Origin: Octopus sinensis
Taxonomy: Eukaryota
Assembly: GCF_006345805.1 (NCBI RefSeq)
Contig: NW_021824080.1
Span: forward strand, 1-21,713
DNA length: 21,713 bases
Reading direction: 5' to 3'
The notes beneath the pieces were generated by a model, which saw only the letters and a program-made list of their open reading frames with translations, made no database searches and was not told the origin of the DNA. Position numbers and translations under genes: made by a program. Shown here piece after piece: positions 21,426-21,713 of the stretch (position 1 is its first letter; each line of letters opens with the position of its first letter).

Positions 21426-21456
<31 letters not shown>

Positions 21457-21665
21457 GGGGGGGTGTATGTTTGTGCGTCTGTGTTTCACCCACGAATATC
21501 GCTTGACAGCCGATGGTGGTGTGTTTACGTCCCCGTAACTTAGCGATAGAATAAGTGCTAGGTTTATAAAGATTAAGTCATGGAGTCAATTTCTTCGACT
21601 AAAACCCTGTAAGGCGGTCTTCCAGTATTGCCGCAAAAAAAAAAAGACTGAAGCAAGTAAAAAAG
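21282..21665 (+). mobile_element. Full-length tRNA-derived CORE-like SINE (Octopus OK/OR-type) with internal (TA)n
   Basis: AGGCGCAGGAGTGG head, TGGCACTTTAGGCAAGTGTCTTC CORE-like segment, GATTTGGTAGATGGAAACTGAAAGAAGCCCG, TTTACGTCCCCGTAACTTAGCG, A-rich tail. Confidence 0.85.
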
Positions 21666-21713
21666 TGTACGCATACATACATGGTGTGTGGGTGTGTGTG
21701 GTGTGCGCGCGTG

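Overview
Eukaryotic, AT-rich, microsatellite-saturated non-coding DNA. It is most likely intronic or intergenic sequence from a coleoid cephalopod, probably Octopus; this is inferred from the tRNA-derived SINE families and the density of (TA)n, (CA)n, (TACA)n and (ATCT)n tracts. No intact protein-coding gene is recognisable, and almost all supplied ORFs are translations of simple repeats. The window holds about 10 SINE copies or fragments, a Tigger/pogo-like MITE, a mariner MITE, a Dong/R4 LINE 3' end sitting in (TAA)n, piggyBac and RTE remnants, and a ~1.5 kb decayed coding block possibly from a CxC/KDZ (Zisupton-like) transposase. It also has two Penelope-type minimal hammerhead ribozyme remnants, one good candidate minus-strand exon (8689-8925) and paired bHLH E-box clusters. 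I see no convincing novel multi-gene system. The best leads are the hammerheads, the decayed coding block, the candidate exon and microsatellite-targeted nesting. Family assignments are from memory of consensus motifs, not database searches.
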